Assembly: GCA_041752735.1 (NCBI GenBank)
Contig: JBGSVW010000006.1
Location: 30,399 to 94,398 of the forward strand
Direction: 5' to 3'
DNA from: Anaerovoracaceae bacterium
Lineage (GTDB): Bacteria; Bacillota; Clostridia; Peptostreptococcales; Anaerovoracaceae
DNA length: 64,000 nucleotides
Shown here: piece by piece, positions 28,681 to 37,379 of the stretch
Layout of the letters: each line of letters opens with the position of its first letter
How positions within the stretch are numbered: position 1 is the first letter of the stretch
Translations under genes and position numbers: made by a program
The notes under the pieces: model-generated
Database searches by the model: none
The model's input: the letters and a program-made list of their open reading frames with translations, nothing else
Told to the model about the DNA's origin: nothing

Positions 28681-30396
28681 CTAGATGTAGTTCAGTGGAT
28701 TGACATTGACTCCGTTCTTTAAAACTTCAAAATGGAGATGCGATCCGGTACTATAGCCTGTATTTCCAACACGAGCAATAGTTTGCCCTTCATAAACCTT
28801 ATCTCCCACATGGACAAGCATCGCACTGCAATGGGCATAAACGGTGACAAATCCGTTTTGGTGATTTATCTTGACAGTATATCCCTGGGCGCCATTCCAG
28901 CCTGCGAAAATCACGGTGCCACCATCCGCAGCGCGAATGATATTTCCTGTAGCACAAGCCAAGTCAATGCCCCAGTGCATTCTTCCCCATCTGTAACCAA
29001 AGGTTGAGGTCAACCGTCCGGCAGGACATGGGTTGGTAAATTGTCCGTCCCCCATGGTTGGAGGTATGGGTTTGGTCCCCACCAGAATTACTTCGGTCAC
29101 CGGTTGAGCCATAATTGTTTCATTCAGGATCTCTCTTGCTATCTCTGTACCATTGACTCGCGTAACCCGGGCAACAACCTGTGTTGTTCCATTTTTGCCT
29201 TTCGTCTGTACGGTGTTAATCCCTTTATAGGCGTTGGCGTTGTTTTTTCGTTCTGTACTGTATGCGATGGCAACATTATAGGTTGCTTTTTCTACAGTAG
29301 CAATATGAAGAACAGGGGAAGCTTGTAAAATCGAAAGCTTTTCATCTGCGCTAGGTTCTCGCCCCTGGATGGAAGGATTATCAGCCTTTAGTTTTGCAAC
29401 AGGCAGTCCATATGAGGTGGCGATTGAATCCCAGGATTCACCAATGGCAACCACATGTACTTTTTCAGAAACTTCACCAACAAGTAGGTTCTCAGATACC
29501 TCTGCGGCACGTTGAAGGTTCCCCAGTTTGGTAGCCACCTCTTGAGTCTCCACTTCCTCCTGGAAGGTAACGCTTTCATAGCGAACGCCTTCCTTGGTCG
29601 TAGAGAATTTTTCGAGTAGGCCTGCAAGAACACCATTAGCCTCAGCTTGACTATAGAGCACAGCAGCACGCTTTCCATCTACAAAAATGCCATACGCGGC
29701 AACGTTGATATCTTTCATGTAAGTCAATCGACTTAGGACTTCTTCCATATTGTCAATATCCCGATTCACGGTGACAACTTTACGGAACTCAATGTCGCTG
29801 GTTTCGTCAATTGAAATATTTACATCGTGCTCTTCGGACAGTTGGGCACTGGCAACCTCCAGCACACTAAAAACATCTGACTGATCTTCCACAACACCAA
29901 GAACTTTGCCATGATAGGAGTACTCATACCCAGTGGCGTAGTTAAATAAAGAAAGCACGGCAACCGCAACCATTACAATGATTGCAAAGTGCTTCAATAG
30001 CTGGGCACGTCTGCGGTCGATCATAATCCGGACGAACCGGAATAGACGATTTCCTTCTGATGCTGCCTTTTCAGTTTTAGTGGCAAGCCGCTCATGGGAT
30101 ACGTCAAATCGATCTACAAAATCAGCAACTTTGGTTGAAACTTTGTTTTCTTTAATCATGAACACATTAAAATAGTGAATAAAAGCCCTATTGCTCACTG
30201 TAAAGGCAGTAAGGATTGCCTTTACGCTACGTTTGTATTGAATTCGGCATTTCCTGACCACCGTTCTTTTGGACTGCCCAAAAAAACGGATGAGTTTCCG
30301 CCAACTAAAGGTGATGACTTGCTTTTGCCTTTTTATTAGATTCTTTCCCATTGTTTTTCTTTCGCCTCTTTGGTTCTTTGGAGAAAGCATTCGCAT
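28681..30396 (-). CDS. M23 family peptidase with LysM and G5-like domains
   Basis: The C-terminal HWGIDLA...GNTGYSTGSHLHFEV is an M23 core. A LysM-like SWDSIATSYGLPVAKLKADN is also present. Confidence 0.85.
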   Translation of the reverse strand: MRMLSPKNQRGERKTMGKNLIKRQKQVITFSWRKLIRFFGQSKRTVVRKCRIQYKRSVKAILTAFTVSNRAFIHYFNVFMIKENKVSTKVADFVDRFDVSHERLATKTEKAASEGNRLFRFVRIMIDRRRAQLLKHFAIIVMVAVAVLSLFNYATGYEYSYHGKVLGVVEDQSDVFSVLEVASAQLSEEHDVNISIDETSDIEFRKVVTVNRDIDNMEEVLSRLTYMKDINVAAYGIFVDGKRAAVLYSQAEANGVLAGLLEKFSTTKEGVRYESVTFQEEVETQEVATKLGNLQRAAEVSENLLVGEVSEKVHVVAIGESWDSIATSYGLPVAKLKADNPSIQGREPSADEKLSILQASPVLHIATVEKATYNVAIAYSTERKNNANAYKGINTVQTKGKNGTTQVVARVTRVNGTEIAREILNETIMAQPVTEVILVGTKPIPPTMGDGQFTNPCPAGRLTSTFGYRWGRMHWGIDLACATGNIIRAADGGTVIFAGWNGAQGYTVKINHQNGFVTVYAHCSAMLVHVGDKVYEGQTIARVGNTGYSTGSHLHFEVLKNGVNVNPLNYI

Positions 30397-31565
30397 TGTT
30401 CTCCCGAATCTTTGGTTCCTGTGTCGTTACACAGGCTACACGTATATTTTACATCCATATAGTCAATAGGCAGGTTATACTCAGTCAGTATATTTGCCTT
30501 TTGCCTGGTTAGGTTGTCCATTTCTTGTTTCAGTCGCTCTATCTGGGCTTCTTTGTCGGTGCCGCCGGATACCATGACTCTAGACAGTCCCACGCTGCAT
30601 TGACGCATGGATTCTTCCAGTTTATCCATGGCTGGGATTTTTGCGTAAACCTCATCACGTCTTAACGCGGCATCTGCAATAGACTTTTCACGAAGGTATT
30701 GATAATATGCGGAAACGGTGACCGCAGGGCTTTGGCCTCCGGGTGCCGCTACACCGCTATGGCGGTTGGTCAGGATTTTGCTGACATAGTTGATGTTTGG
30801 ATTAGGGATACCGCTGGTTTTTCCGCAAGCGCTGAGGATGTCTTCCATGTCACAGCCTAGCCCATCAAACCAATTGTTGATTAGTCGCTTCTCTTCCTCT
30901 GTGGCATTGCGTGAAAATCCCAAAGCTTGCATGATGCGTTTATAGGCATAATGGCGCTGGTCATTGTCGGCCAGGTATTTTTCGATTTCGGTGGAGTTGG
31001 TAAGACCTATGGCTGTCCAGCCTTTGACCACGGCACCAACATATCTTACATTGTCTTTCTTTTTTGTCATGCAGTATGCATAGGCATACGCAATGAGTTC
31101 CGGTGTCGCACCATAGTCGTCCATCCAGTTGATCATCTCTGTGGTTTCTGTTCCACTCAGCATTCTACCGATGGTCCGTTCTATGGATTTGTACATCCCT
31201 TTTAGGGGTTTGTTTTCCAGGATGGCGCTTGGCTTTGCTACTCGGGTCTCTGATTCTTTGACCGGTTTTTTGCCGTAAAGGCATTCCTTCAATACGGAAA
31301 ATTCAATGGTGTCATCAGCCTTCCGGACCACGCCCAATCCTTCCCAGTACATCCAGGCCTTCTCTACTTCTTCTTCGGGAAGGGAAAGCATCTTGGCGAT
31401 GGCTTCGTTTTCGATGTCTTGCCCCATGTTGGTATACATCAAAGCGACCAGATAGATTTTGACGTAATCCCCCGGTGCCGAAACCATATATTCATGAATA
31501 AAGATGTTTTCCACGCCGGTATCAAGAAGATAGCAGCTTTGGACCGGTTCTTTCCGAAACTTCAT
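30336..31565 (-). CDS. DnaD domain-containing replication protein (DnaB_2 family)
   Basis: It sits directly downstream of the replicative helicase. It has DnaD-type repeats and a C-terminal Cys cluster CSLCNDTG...CEC. Confidence 0.7.
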   Translation of the reverse strand: MKFRKEPVQSCYLLDTGVENIFIHEYMVSAPGDYVKIYLVALMYTNMGQDIENEAIAKMLSLPEEEVEKAWMYWEGLGVVRKADDTIEFSVLKECLYGKKPVKESETRVAKPSAILENKPLKGMYKSIERTIGRMLSGTETTEMINWMDDYGATPELIAYAYAYCMTKKKDNVRYVGAVVKGWTAIGLTNSTEIEKYLADNDQRHYAYKRIMQALGFSRNATEEEKRLINNWFDGLGCDMEDILSACGKTSGIPNPNINYVSKILTNRHSGVAAPGGQSPAVTVSAYYQYLREKSIADAALRRDEVYAKIPAMDKLEESMRQCSVGLSRVMVSGGTDKEAQIERLKQEMDNLTRQKANILTEYNLPIDYMDVKYTCSLCNDTGTKDSGEQCECFLQRTKEAKEKQWERI

Positions 31566-31766
31566 CTAGATTTGCTCCACTGCCAAATTCAGGCTTTCCA
31601 TTAATTTGTCTACGGAAACCCCATGGGCTGCCGCCGCCTCTTCAACCGATTCGTTGTCCGCTCCGGGGCATCCTCGACAAGGCAATCCGTGGTTCAGGAA
31701 GACATCTTCCAATTGCGGATAGCGATCCAGCAATTCACATACATTCATATCAGGTGTGATTTTCAC
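31566..31766 (-). CDS. DUF1858 small redox-disulfide domain protein
   Basis: A GTG start at 31766 follows AGGAGG. The sequence is VKITPDMNVCELLDRYPQLEDVFLNHGLPCRGCPG... The 150-aa ORF in the track is an extension into dnaB. Confidence 0.65.
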   Translation of the reverse strand: MKITPDMNVCELLDRYPQLEDVFLNHGLPCRGCPGADNESVEEAAAAHGVSVDKLMESLNLAVEQI

Positions 31767-31770
31767 GGCT

Positions 31771-33093
31771 TCATCCTCCTTTGCTCTTATTGGCGAATCT
31801 GGTGTAATTGGCTTGCCAGGTGATTTCGACGGTTCCGATGGGGCCGTTTCTGTTCTTGGCAATAATGACTTCGCAGATACCCGGTTTTTCGGTGGTCTCC
31901 GCGTTATATACTTCGTCTCGATAAAGGAATAGGACCATATCCGCGTCTTGCTCGATGGCACCGGATTCACGCAGATCCGACAGAATCGGTCGATGTTCAG
32001 TCCGCTGCTCCGGGGCACGGCTCAACTGGGAAAGCACCAGGATAGGGCAATTCATTTCCCGGGCAAGCTGTTTCAGTCCCCGAGACATAGCTGTGATTTC
32101 CTGCTGTCTGCTTTCGGAGCGACCTTCGTGCTCCATTAACTGTAGATAGTCCAATATAATCATATCCAAACCGCGTTCGGCTTTGAGCCTGCGGCATTTA
32201 TTCTTGATTTCCATCAGTCGGATGCCGGGGGTGGCATCAATGGTGATGTCGCCTTTGCCCAGGGTATCTAAGGCCATGGTAATCCGGTCCCACTCTTCCC
32301 GTTCCAATTGGCCGGTTTTGAGTTTTTGGGAATCCACTCGGGCTTCCATGGATAATAGCCTTTGGCCAAGCTGTTCTTTGGACATTTCCAAGCTGAAAAA
32401 CAAAATCTTAGCATCGGCTTTGATGGCCGCCTGTTGGGCAACACTAAGGGAAAAAGCGGTTTTGCCCATGGAGGGTCTAGCCGCGATGATGACCAGGTCA
32501 GAGGGTTGAAATCCATTGGTTCTGGAGTCCAGATCTATAAGCCCACTGGTGACACCGGTGAGATCCCCCTTCATCTTGGAGCGCTCATCAATCAGATTCA
32601 GGTTCTCCATGAGGATTTCTCGTAAAGGCGTCATGTCTTTTGCCTGCCGGTTTTGAGCCACTTCGAAAATAGCTTTTTCGGCGAAGTCCAGCACTTGCTC
32701 TGCTTCCAGTTTGTCCTCGTAACTTTTCTCCAGGATATCTCCTGCAGTGGTGATCAAGTTTCGGAGCGCGGCTTTCTCTGCGACGATTTTGGCATATTCT
32801 CCGGCATTAGAAGTGGTTGGCACTTCTCCGGAAAGGGTTGCAATATATCCTCGGCCACCTACCATCTCCAGTACATTGCGTTTTTTGAGTTCTTCCGAAA
32901 CTGTCAACACGTCCACTGCAACATTTCGCCGTGCCAGTTCGCTGATGCCTTCAAAAATCTCTTTGTGGTTTTGGTTATAAAAGTCTCGAGGTCTGACCAA
33001 CTCCAGCACATCATAAAGCGCATCCTTGTCCAGCATGGCTGCGCCTAATACCGACCGTTCGGCTTCCTCATTATGGGGAGGGATTCTTTCCAT
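31771..33093 (-). CDS. dnaB: replicative DNA helicase
   Basis: Matches are PPHNEEAERSVLGA and the Walker A ARPSMGKTAF, within a RecA-like C-terminal domain. Confidence 0.93.
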   Translation of the reverse strand: MERIPPHNEEAERSVLGAAMLDKDALYDVLELVRPRDFYNQNHKEIFEGISELARRNVAVDVLTVSEELKKRNVLEMVGGRGYIATLSGEVPTTSNAGEYAKIVAEKAALRNLITTAGDILEKSYEDKLEAEQVLDFAEKAIFEVAQNRQAKDMTPLREILMENLNLIDERSKMKGDLTGVTSGLIDLDSRTNGFQPSDLVIIAARPSMGKTAFSLSVAQQAAIKADAKILFFSLEMSKEQLGQRLLSMEARVDSQKLKTGQLEREEWDRITMALDTLGKGDITIDATPGIRLMEIKNKCRRLKAERGLDMIILDYLQLMEHEGRSESRQQEITAMSRGLKQLAREMNCPILVLSQLSRAPEQRTEHRPILSDLRESGAIEQDADMVLFLYRDEVYNAETTEKPGICEVIIAKNRNGPIGTVEITWQANYTRFANKSKGG

Positions 33094-33128
33094 GGTGTTT
33101 CTCCTGGCCGGCGTTGCCGGCTACGACA

Positions 33129-33575
33129 TTATTTGACGGATACGACGACGCGAAGTTTCGCTGAAATCTCAGGATACATTTTGATATGGACCTCCGATTC
33201 CCCTGCTACTTTGATGGGGTTGTCTAAAACGATTTTCTTTTTGTCCACCTCGATTTGGTGCTGCGCCATTAGGGCTTCTGCGATATCCTTGGAGGTGATG
33301 GAGCCGAACAGCCGTCCGCCTTCTCCACCTTTTGTTTCAATCTGTACCGTTAGTTCGTTTATGTGCGCTGCAGCCTCAAGGGCCTTGGCTTTGCTCTCTT
33401 CTTCCTTCTGGATTGCAAGGGCCTTTTGTTTCTCCAGGCTTCTCACATTTCCGTCAGTTGCTTCTCGGGCAACACCCTTAGGTATCAATACATTTCGTGC
33501 GTAGCCGTCACTGACTTTCACCACTTCTCCGGCCTTGCCGGTGCCCTTTAGGTCTTTTAATAAGATGACAATCAT
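33129..33575 (-). CDS. rplI: 50S ribosomal protein L9
   Basis: The sequence begins MIVILLKDLKGTGKAGEVVKVSDGYARN. Confidence 0.93.
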   Translation of the reverse strand: MIVILLKDLKGTGKAGEVVKVSDGYARNVLIPKGVAREATDGNVRSLEKQKALAIQKEEESKAKALEAAAHINELTVQIETKGGEGGRLFGSITSKDIAEALMAQHQIEVDKKKIVLDNPIKVAGESEVHIKMYPEISAKLRVVVSVK

Positions 33576-33623
33576 ATCCCTTTTCCTTCTCTGTTTTACG
33601 AGTTATTCTAACACCTTATTGTG

Positions 33624-34328
33624 TTATCTTTGTGATATCCTTGTGCGTAATCCGAACATGATATCAGCAATCCCCAGGAGGAACAATACCGATTTTCCCA
33701 TGGGTAATATCCATGCTACGATGGCCAGCAAAGGCCCCAAACCCCTTGGGACTTTCTTCATGAAAAAAAACATCAATAACAGTGATGTGCCCTGTAATGC
33801 AAAGGCAGCTTCAAAGATATTCTGGACATTGAGCATCACCAGGTCCCCGTCAGGAAAACCGGTTAGACCAACAATCCAGGACATCACAAAAATCAATAGC
33901 CAGCCGTAAATGCCAGTTCTAGGCCATGAAAATTCCCGAAGTCGTGCCATCTGCCAGGCGCCCCGGTCTCCGTTTCGTACAAACTTACTGAGAATCAAAT
34001 ATTCCAAATAGGCCACTACTGCGCCCATCAATAATATCGTGGATGGAAAATCCGAAATGGCAATGTCAATGATTTGTCGGAGTGCTTCCTCCTGATCAGG
34101 AAGACTTTGTAAAAGCATAGGCATGGCTGCCTCATAACTTGCTTCTAGCTCGGCGGCTACACTACTTCCGGATGCAGCTGCAAAAATAAAAATCAGCACG
34201 CTGCTCAATCCCACTGAAACCGTGGCATTCAGCACGCCATTGTAAGGATTTAATCCTCGCCTGATACAAATCACCAGCGATGGAATCGGGAAAACGAGAA
34301 TGCCTAATAAGATTAGCGTTGTGTACAT
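33624..34328 (-). CDS. DUF2232 (YybS-like) membrane protein
   Basis: It is a polytopic membrane protein in the conserved Firmicute position between rpsR and rplI. Confidence 0.7.
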   Translation of the reverse strand: MYTTLILLGILVFPIPSLVICIRRGLNPYNGVLNATVSVGLSSVLIFIFAAASGSSVAAELEASYEAAMPMLLQSLPDQEEALRQIIDIAISDFPSTILLMGAVVAYLEYLILSKFVRNGDRGAWQMARLREFSWPRTGIYGWLLIFVMSWIVGLTGFPDGDLVMLNVQNIFEAAFALQGTSLLLMFFFMKKVPRGLGPLLAIVAWILPMGKSVLFLLGIADIMFGLRTRISQR

Positions 34329-34645
34329 GAAAGCTCCTTTTTGTTTGGAATTTGCCCTAATTATATGCCCTAATAGTATAACATATCAGAATTGGCATAT
34401 CCACTAATCATCACTGCAGTAGTGTGCGAAATTTTAATAGAATTCGCAAACGGGGTGGTCGGTTTTGGATCTTGGTGGTCAAACTTTAATTGGAGGCTCT
34501 ATTACTCTTTCGCGATTATGACAAAACCGGCTTTTTTTGCATTTTTGCATATTCTTTTCCATTTTTGAGTCGGATATTATGCCTATAACGAAGAAAAACT
34601 GAGTTTGGCATAATTTCATTGTTTTTGAATAGGAATGCATAAACT

Positions 34646-34690
34646 GAAAGACAGCTATAACAGATTGTACGAACTATAACCGTTGCAATT
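34646..34690. repeat. degenerate third copy of the rpsR-terminator-like module
   Basis: AGACAGCTATAACAGATTGTACGAACTATAACCGTTGC aligns with copies 1 and 2, but the right arm no longer pairs. Confidence 0.4.
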
Positions 34691-34830
34691 ACAGGTCCGT
34701 GAAAAACACCGATAAGCGCAATTATGTTTTTTGCTAAATTTTCGCCGATTTGTCATAATTGTCTTTTTCTACTAAGTCACAAACGATGCAAAATCGGATT
34801 TATGGGGTTTTTGACATAATATTTTTCCAT

Positions 34831-34875
34831 TAAAACAGCCACAACAGATTGCTCTATTGTGGCCGTTTTTGATTT
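34831..34875. repeat. terminator-hairpin module, copy 1 (terminates the RNase III-like operon)
   Basis: TAAAACAGCCACAACAGATTGCTCTATTGTGGCCGTTTTTGA matches about 37 of 44 positions of the copy at 36351-36398. On the minus strand it forms a 10-bp hairpin followed by a T-run. Confidence 0.7.
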
Positions 34876-34899
34876 CATTCTACATCTCGCTAAAAATCA

Positions 34900-35064
34900 T
34901 TACTCATCCTCATCATCCCACATTGAACGATTTTGCTCTTCTTCCTCACGGCTATATTCACTGTCATCCCAATTACAAACACATTCTCCACGGGTTACAC
35001 TGTATCCATCTTTTTCTATATATTCATAATTACCCGACTCATAATTATAACACCATTTTGTCAT
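34900..35064 (-). CDS. 54-aa acidic Cys-containing small protein, translationally coupled to the RNase III-like gene
   Basis: The ATG at 35064 lies 2 nt after the upstream TAG, and GAGGAGG lies inside the upstream gene end. The peptide is MTKWCYNYESGNYEYIEKDGYSVTRGECVCNWDDSEYSREEEEQNRSMWDDEDE. It is below the ORF track cutoff. Confidence 0.55.
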   Translation of the reverse strand: MTKWCYNYESGNYEYIEKDGYSVTRGECVCNWDDSEYSREEEEQNRSMWDDEDE

Positions 35065-35066
35065 AG

Positions 35067-36128
35067 CTATTCCTCCTCAATGCCTAAAACATATTTCAAA
35101 GCACTGTATGCTGCATCTTTTTTTGCATCTTTTTTTGATGAAGATATCCCCGAAAAGCTATATTTTTCCTCTTTAATATGGCATTCACAACTCCAAACAG
35201 GGTTTCCATTTTTATCATGCTGCTCTATAAAATTATAAATCGGTATTGAAAAATAATCTCTTCTGGCAAGAATTTCTAATTGGTTAATTGCTTGCTCCCA
35301 TCTGGGATTTTCAATTTCATCCCTAATAGAAAATAGCTTATTATTATTCTCTAAATAGTTATATGCAACTTCACAAACTGCACTTCTTGCCTCTTTTTTT
35401 GATTCACCAAAACCTCTGAAAATCGGCATACTATCATCAATTTTTAGAAGGCAATGATATTTCACTTTATTAATTCTACTATCTCCCAATATATTGAACC
35501 CTTGAGAAACACCATTAAACGATAAATAAAATGTACTTTCATAACTACTCTTTTTAAAATGAAATCGTGGGATCGAACCATTGTACCTTGATACCCATTC
35601 CTGAATTTCCTGTATATAGTTAATATTTTCTCCGCTCTCAAGCAAACTGTCCATATCCAGCATTATTTCAACAACACTTTGCATTTCTTCAAGATTCCAG
35701 TTAGCGTCAAGCGCAACAGCACCTAAAATAGCTTCAAATAAGTCTTCTTTTACTGCTGGTTCATTTTGTACATTGTTTTTTAGGTCACCTTTTCCTAATA
35801 TCAGATAATCGGCCAAACCCAGATTGTCAATGCAATTAGCCAGCGTTTCCTTTTTTACCAGTCCTGTTTTAATTTCTGTTAATCTGTCCTCCTGATAATC
35901 GGATATAAACTCATTACAATCTTCAGTAAAACATCCATACATGTCCGTTAGCAGTTTAACAACAACTAAATCCAAGACTTTATCTCCTACAAACTCTAAA
36001 ACCTCATTGTTTTCGCCTCCGTTTTCTTCTGAGTATGATCGTCTGATAAATGCCTGTTGTAACAAGTCCTTGTTTTTAAATTCATATCCTATTTGATCCT
36101 GAACAAATGTTAAATCATTTTTCCGCAT
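35067..36128 (-). CDS. RNase III domain protein with two tandem dsRBD-like domains (accessory paralog)
   Basis: It has the catalytic signature NEVLEFVGDKVLD and the second acidic pair KEDLFEAILGAVALD. Two dsRBD alpha2 signatures follow: GFGESKKEARSAVCEVAYNYL and GISSSKKDAKKDAAYSALKYVL. Confidence 0.75.
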   Translation of the reverse strand: MRKNDLTFVQDQIGYEFKNKDLLQQAFIRRSYSEENGGENNEVLEFVGDKVLDLVVVKLLTDMYGCFTEDCNEFISDYQEDRLTEIKTGLVKKETLANCIDNLGLADYLILGKGDLKNNVQNEPAVKEDLFEAILGAVALDANWNLEEMQSVVEIMLDMDSLLESGENINYIQEIQEWVSRYNGSIPRFHFKKSSYESTFYLSFNGVSQGFNILGDSRINKVKYHCLLKIDDSMPIFRGFGESKKEARSAVCEVAYNYLENNNKLFSIRDEIENPRWEQAINQLEILARRDYFSIPIYNFIEQHDKNGNPVWSCECHIKEEKYSFSGISSSKKDAKKDAAYSALKYVLGIEEE

Positions 36129-36350
36129 AAAAAATACCTCCTATAATTTAATATTACTCGAAGGCATAATATGTTTATTACGTTTCTATCTCCCATTGGT
36201 AAGGAAATAAATCGATAAAACAGTATAAATTCAATTCTTTGTTTCCCTTTGTTTACAACCATTCACTTGCATGAAATAGAAATAAACTGTACAGATACAA
36301 TGTCTTGGATTTAAATTATTATACCTTAAGTTGCCAACATTATAACACTA

Positions 36351-36398
36351 TAATATTAAAAAAGCCACAACAGATTTCTCTGTTATGGCCATTTCTCG
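36351..36398. repeat. terminator-hairpin module, copy 2 (rpsR terminator)
   Basis: The sequence is TAAAAAAGCCACAACAGATTTCTCTGTTATGGCCATTTCTCGA. On the minus strand GCCATAACAG/CTGTTGTGGC is followed by T6, directly after the rpsR stop. Confidence 0.7.
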
Positions 36399-36407
36399 AG
36401 AAAATTC

Positions 36408-36647
36408 TCAGTCGGCTGTGTACGGCAAAAGTGCTACGATTCTTGCTCTTTTGATAGCTCTTGTCACATCTCTTTGATGCATTGCGCAAGTGCCTGTAAT
36501 TCTCTTGGGAAGAATCTTGCCTCTTTCGGTGATGTACTTCTTCAGCTTGTCAACTTCTTTGTAATCTATGGTCTCTGATTTGTCGGCACAGAATTGACAT
36601 ACCTTCTTTTTTCTGAAGCCGCCGCCACGTCTTTTATTATCTATCAT
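36408..36647 (-). CDS. rpsR: 30S ribosomal protein S18
   Basis: Matches are [11 protein letters not shown]...[25 protein letters not shown]. Confidence 0.93.
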   Translation of the reverse strand: MIDNKRRGGGFRKKKVCQFCADKSETIDYKEVDKLKKYITERGKILPKRITGTCAMHQRDVTRAIKRARIVALLPYTAD

Positions 36648-36667
36648 GTGTAGGTTCTCCTTTCAAT

Positions 36668-37078
36668 TTAGAATGGGATATCATCGTCATCGATGACCTG
36701 GAAGCCGGATGGAATTCCTTCCTCGACCCGTACTGGGTCTGAACCGGACTTAAATTCAGATTTGTCTCCCCATTCGAGGAATTCAACTCTGTTTGCTACA
36801 ACATCGGTCGTATAAACTTTCTGGCCGTCTTTGTTGGTATAGCTGCCTGTCTGTATTCTTCCTTCGATGGCTACCAGTCTGCCTTTTTTGAGAAAGCGTT
36901 CGCAGTTTTCGGCTTGCTTGCCAAATACTGTGACTCTTGGAAAATCCGTTACCTTCTCTTTGTCAGCTCTCTGGGGGAGATCAATGGCTACAGTGAAACT
37001 TGCAACTGCCATCTGTTCTCCGGTGTATCTAACCTCGGGATCTTTTGTTAATCTCCCTATCAATACTACACTGTTCAT
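36668..37078 (-). CDS. ssb: single-stranded DNA-binding protein
   Basis: It starts MNSVVLIGRLTKDPEVRYT and has the C-terminal DDDIPF tail. Confidence 0.93.
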   Translation of the reverse strand: MNSVVLIGRLTKDPEVRYTGEQMAVASFTVAIDLPQRADKEKVTDFPRVTVFGKQAENCERFLKKGRLVAIEGRIQTGSYTNKDGQKVYTTDVVANRVEFLEWGDKSEFKSGSDPVRVEEGIPSGFQVIDDDDIPF

Positions 37079-37091
37079 GTCGACCTCCTGT

Positions 37092-37379
37092 TTACTTATC
37101 GTCTTTGTTGATAATCAAATGTCTCATGATATCATCAAAGATCTTTAACTTTCGGTCAAGCTCTTTTGGCAGATCCGGACCGGCTTGGAATCCGATGACG
37201 ACATAGTAGCCTTCATTTTTCTTGCGGATTGGGTACGCCAGTTTTCTCATGCCCCAGATGTCTACCTTTTCGATGGTGCCTTCTGTTTCGATGATCGCTT
37301 TCACGTTATCAACGGCAACAGCTCTTTTCTCATCATCCAAGATAGGATCTACGATGAACATTACTTCATAATTAATCAT
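37092..37379 (-). CDS. rpsF: 30S ribosomal protein S6
   Basis: Matches are MINYEVMFIV...WGMRKLAYPI. Confidence 0.93.
   Translation of the reverse strand: MINYEVMFIVDPILDDEKRAVAVDNVKAIIETEGTIEKVDIWGMRKLAYPIRKKNEGYYVVIGFQAGPDLPKELDRKLKIFDDIMRHLIINKDDK

Noticed and set aside
31566-32018. A 150-aa ORF overlaps the 3' end of dnaB.
   Set aside because: Only the last 66 codons (GTG at 31766) have an SD and a DUF1858-like sequence. The upstream part is the out-of-frame dnaB region.
34613-34760. Small ORFs lie in the noncoding tract, including MPNSVFLRYRHNIRLKNGKEYAKMQKKPVLS, MTNRRKFSKKHNCAYRCFSRTCNCNGYSSYNLL and MFFAKFSPICHNCLFLLSHKRCKIGFMGFLT.
   Set aside because: None has a convincing SD. The ATGs are part of the repeated motif itself, so the ORFs may be by-products of the repeat.
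34500-34820. I considered whether the ATTATG(N)CAAA motif cluster is a DnaA-box array or origin.
   Set aside because: The DnaA box is TTATNCACA and these copies lack the CACA half. The locus is not next to dnaA or dnaN.
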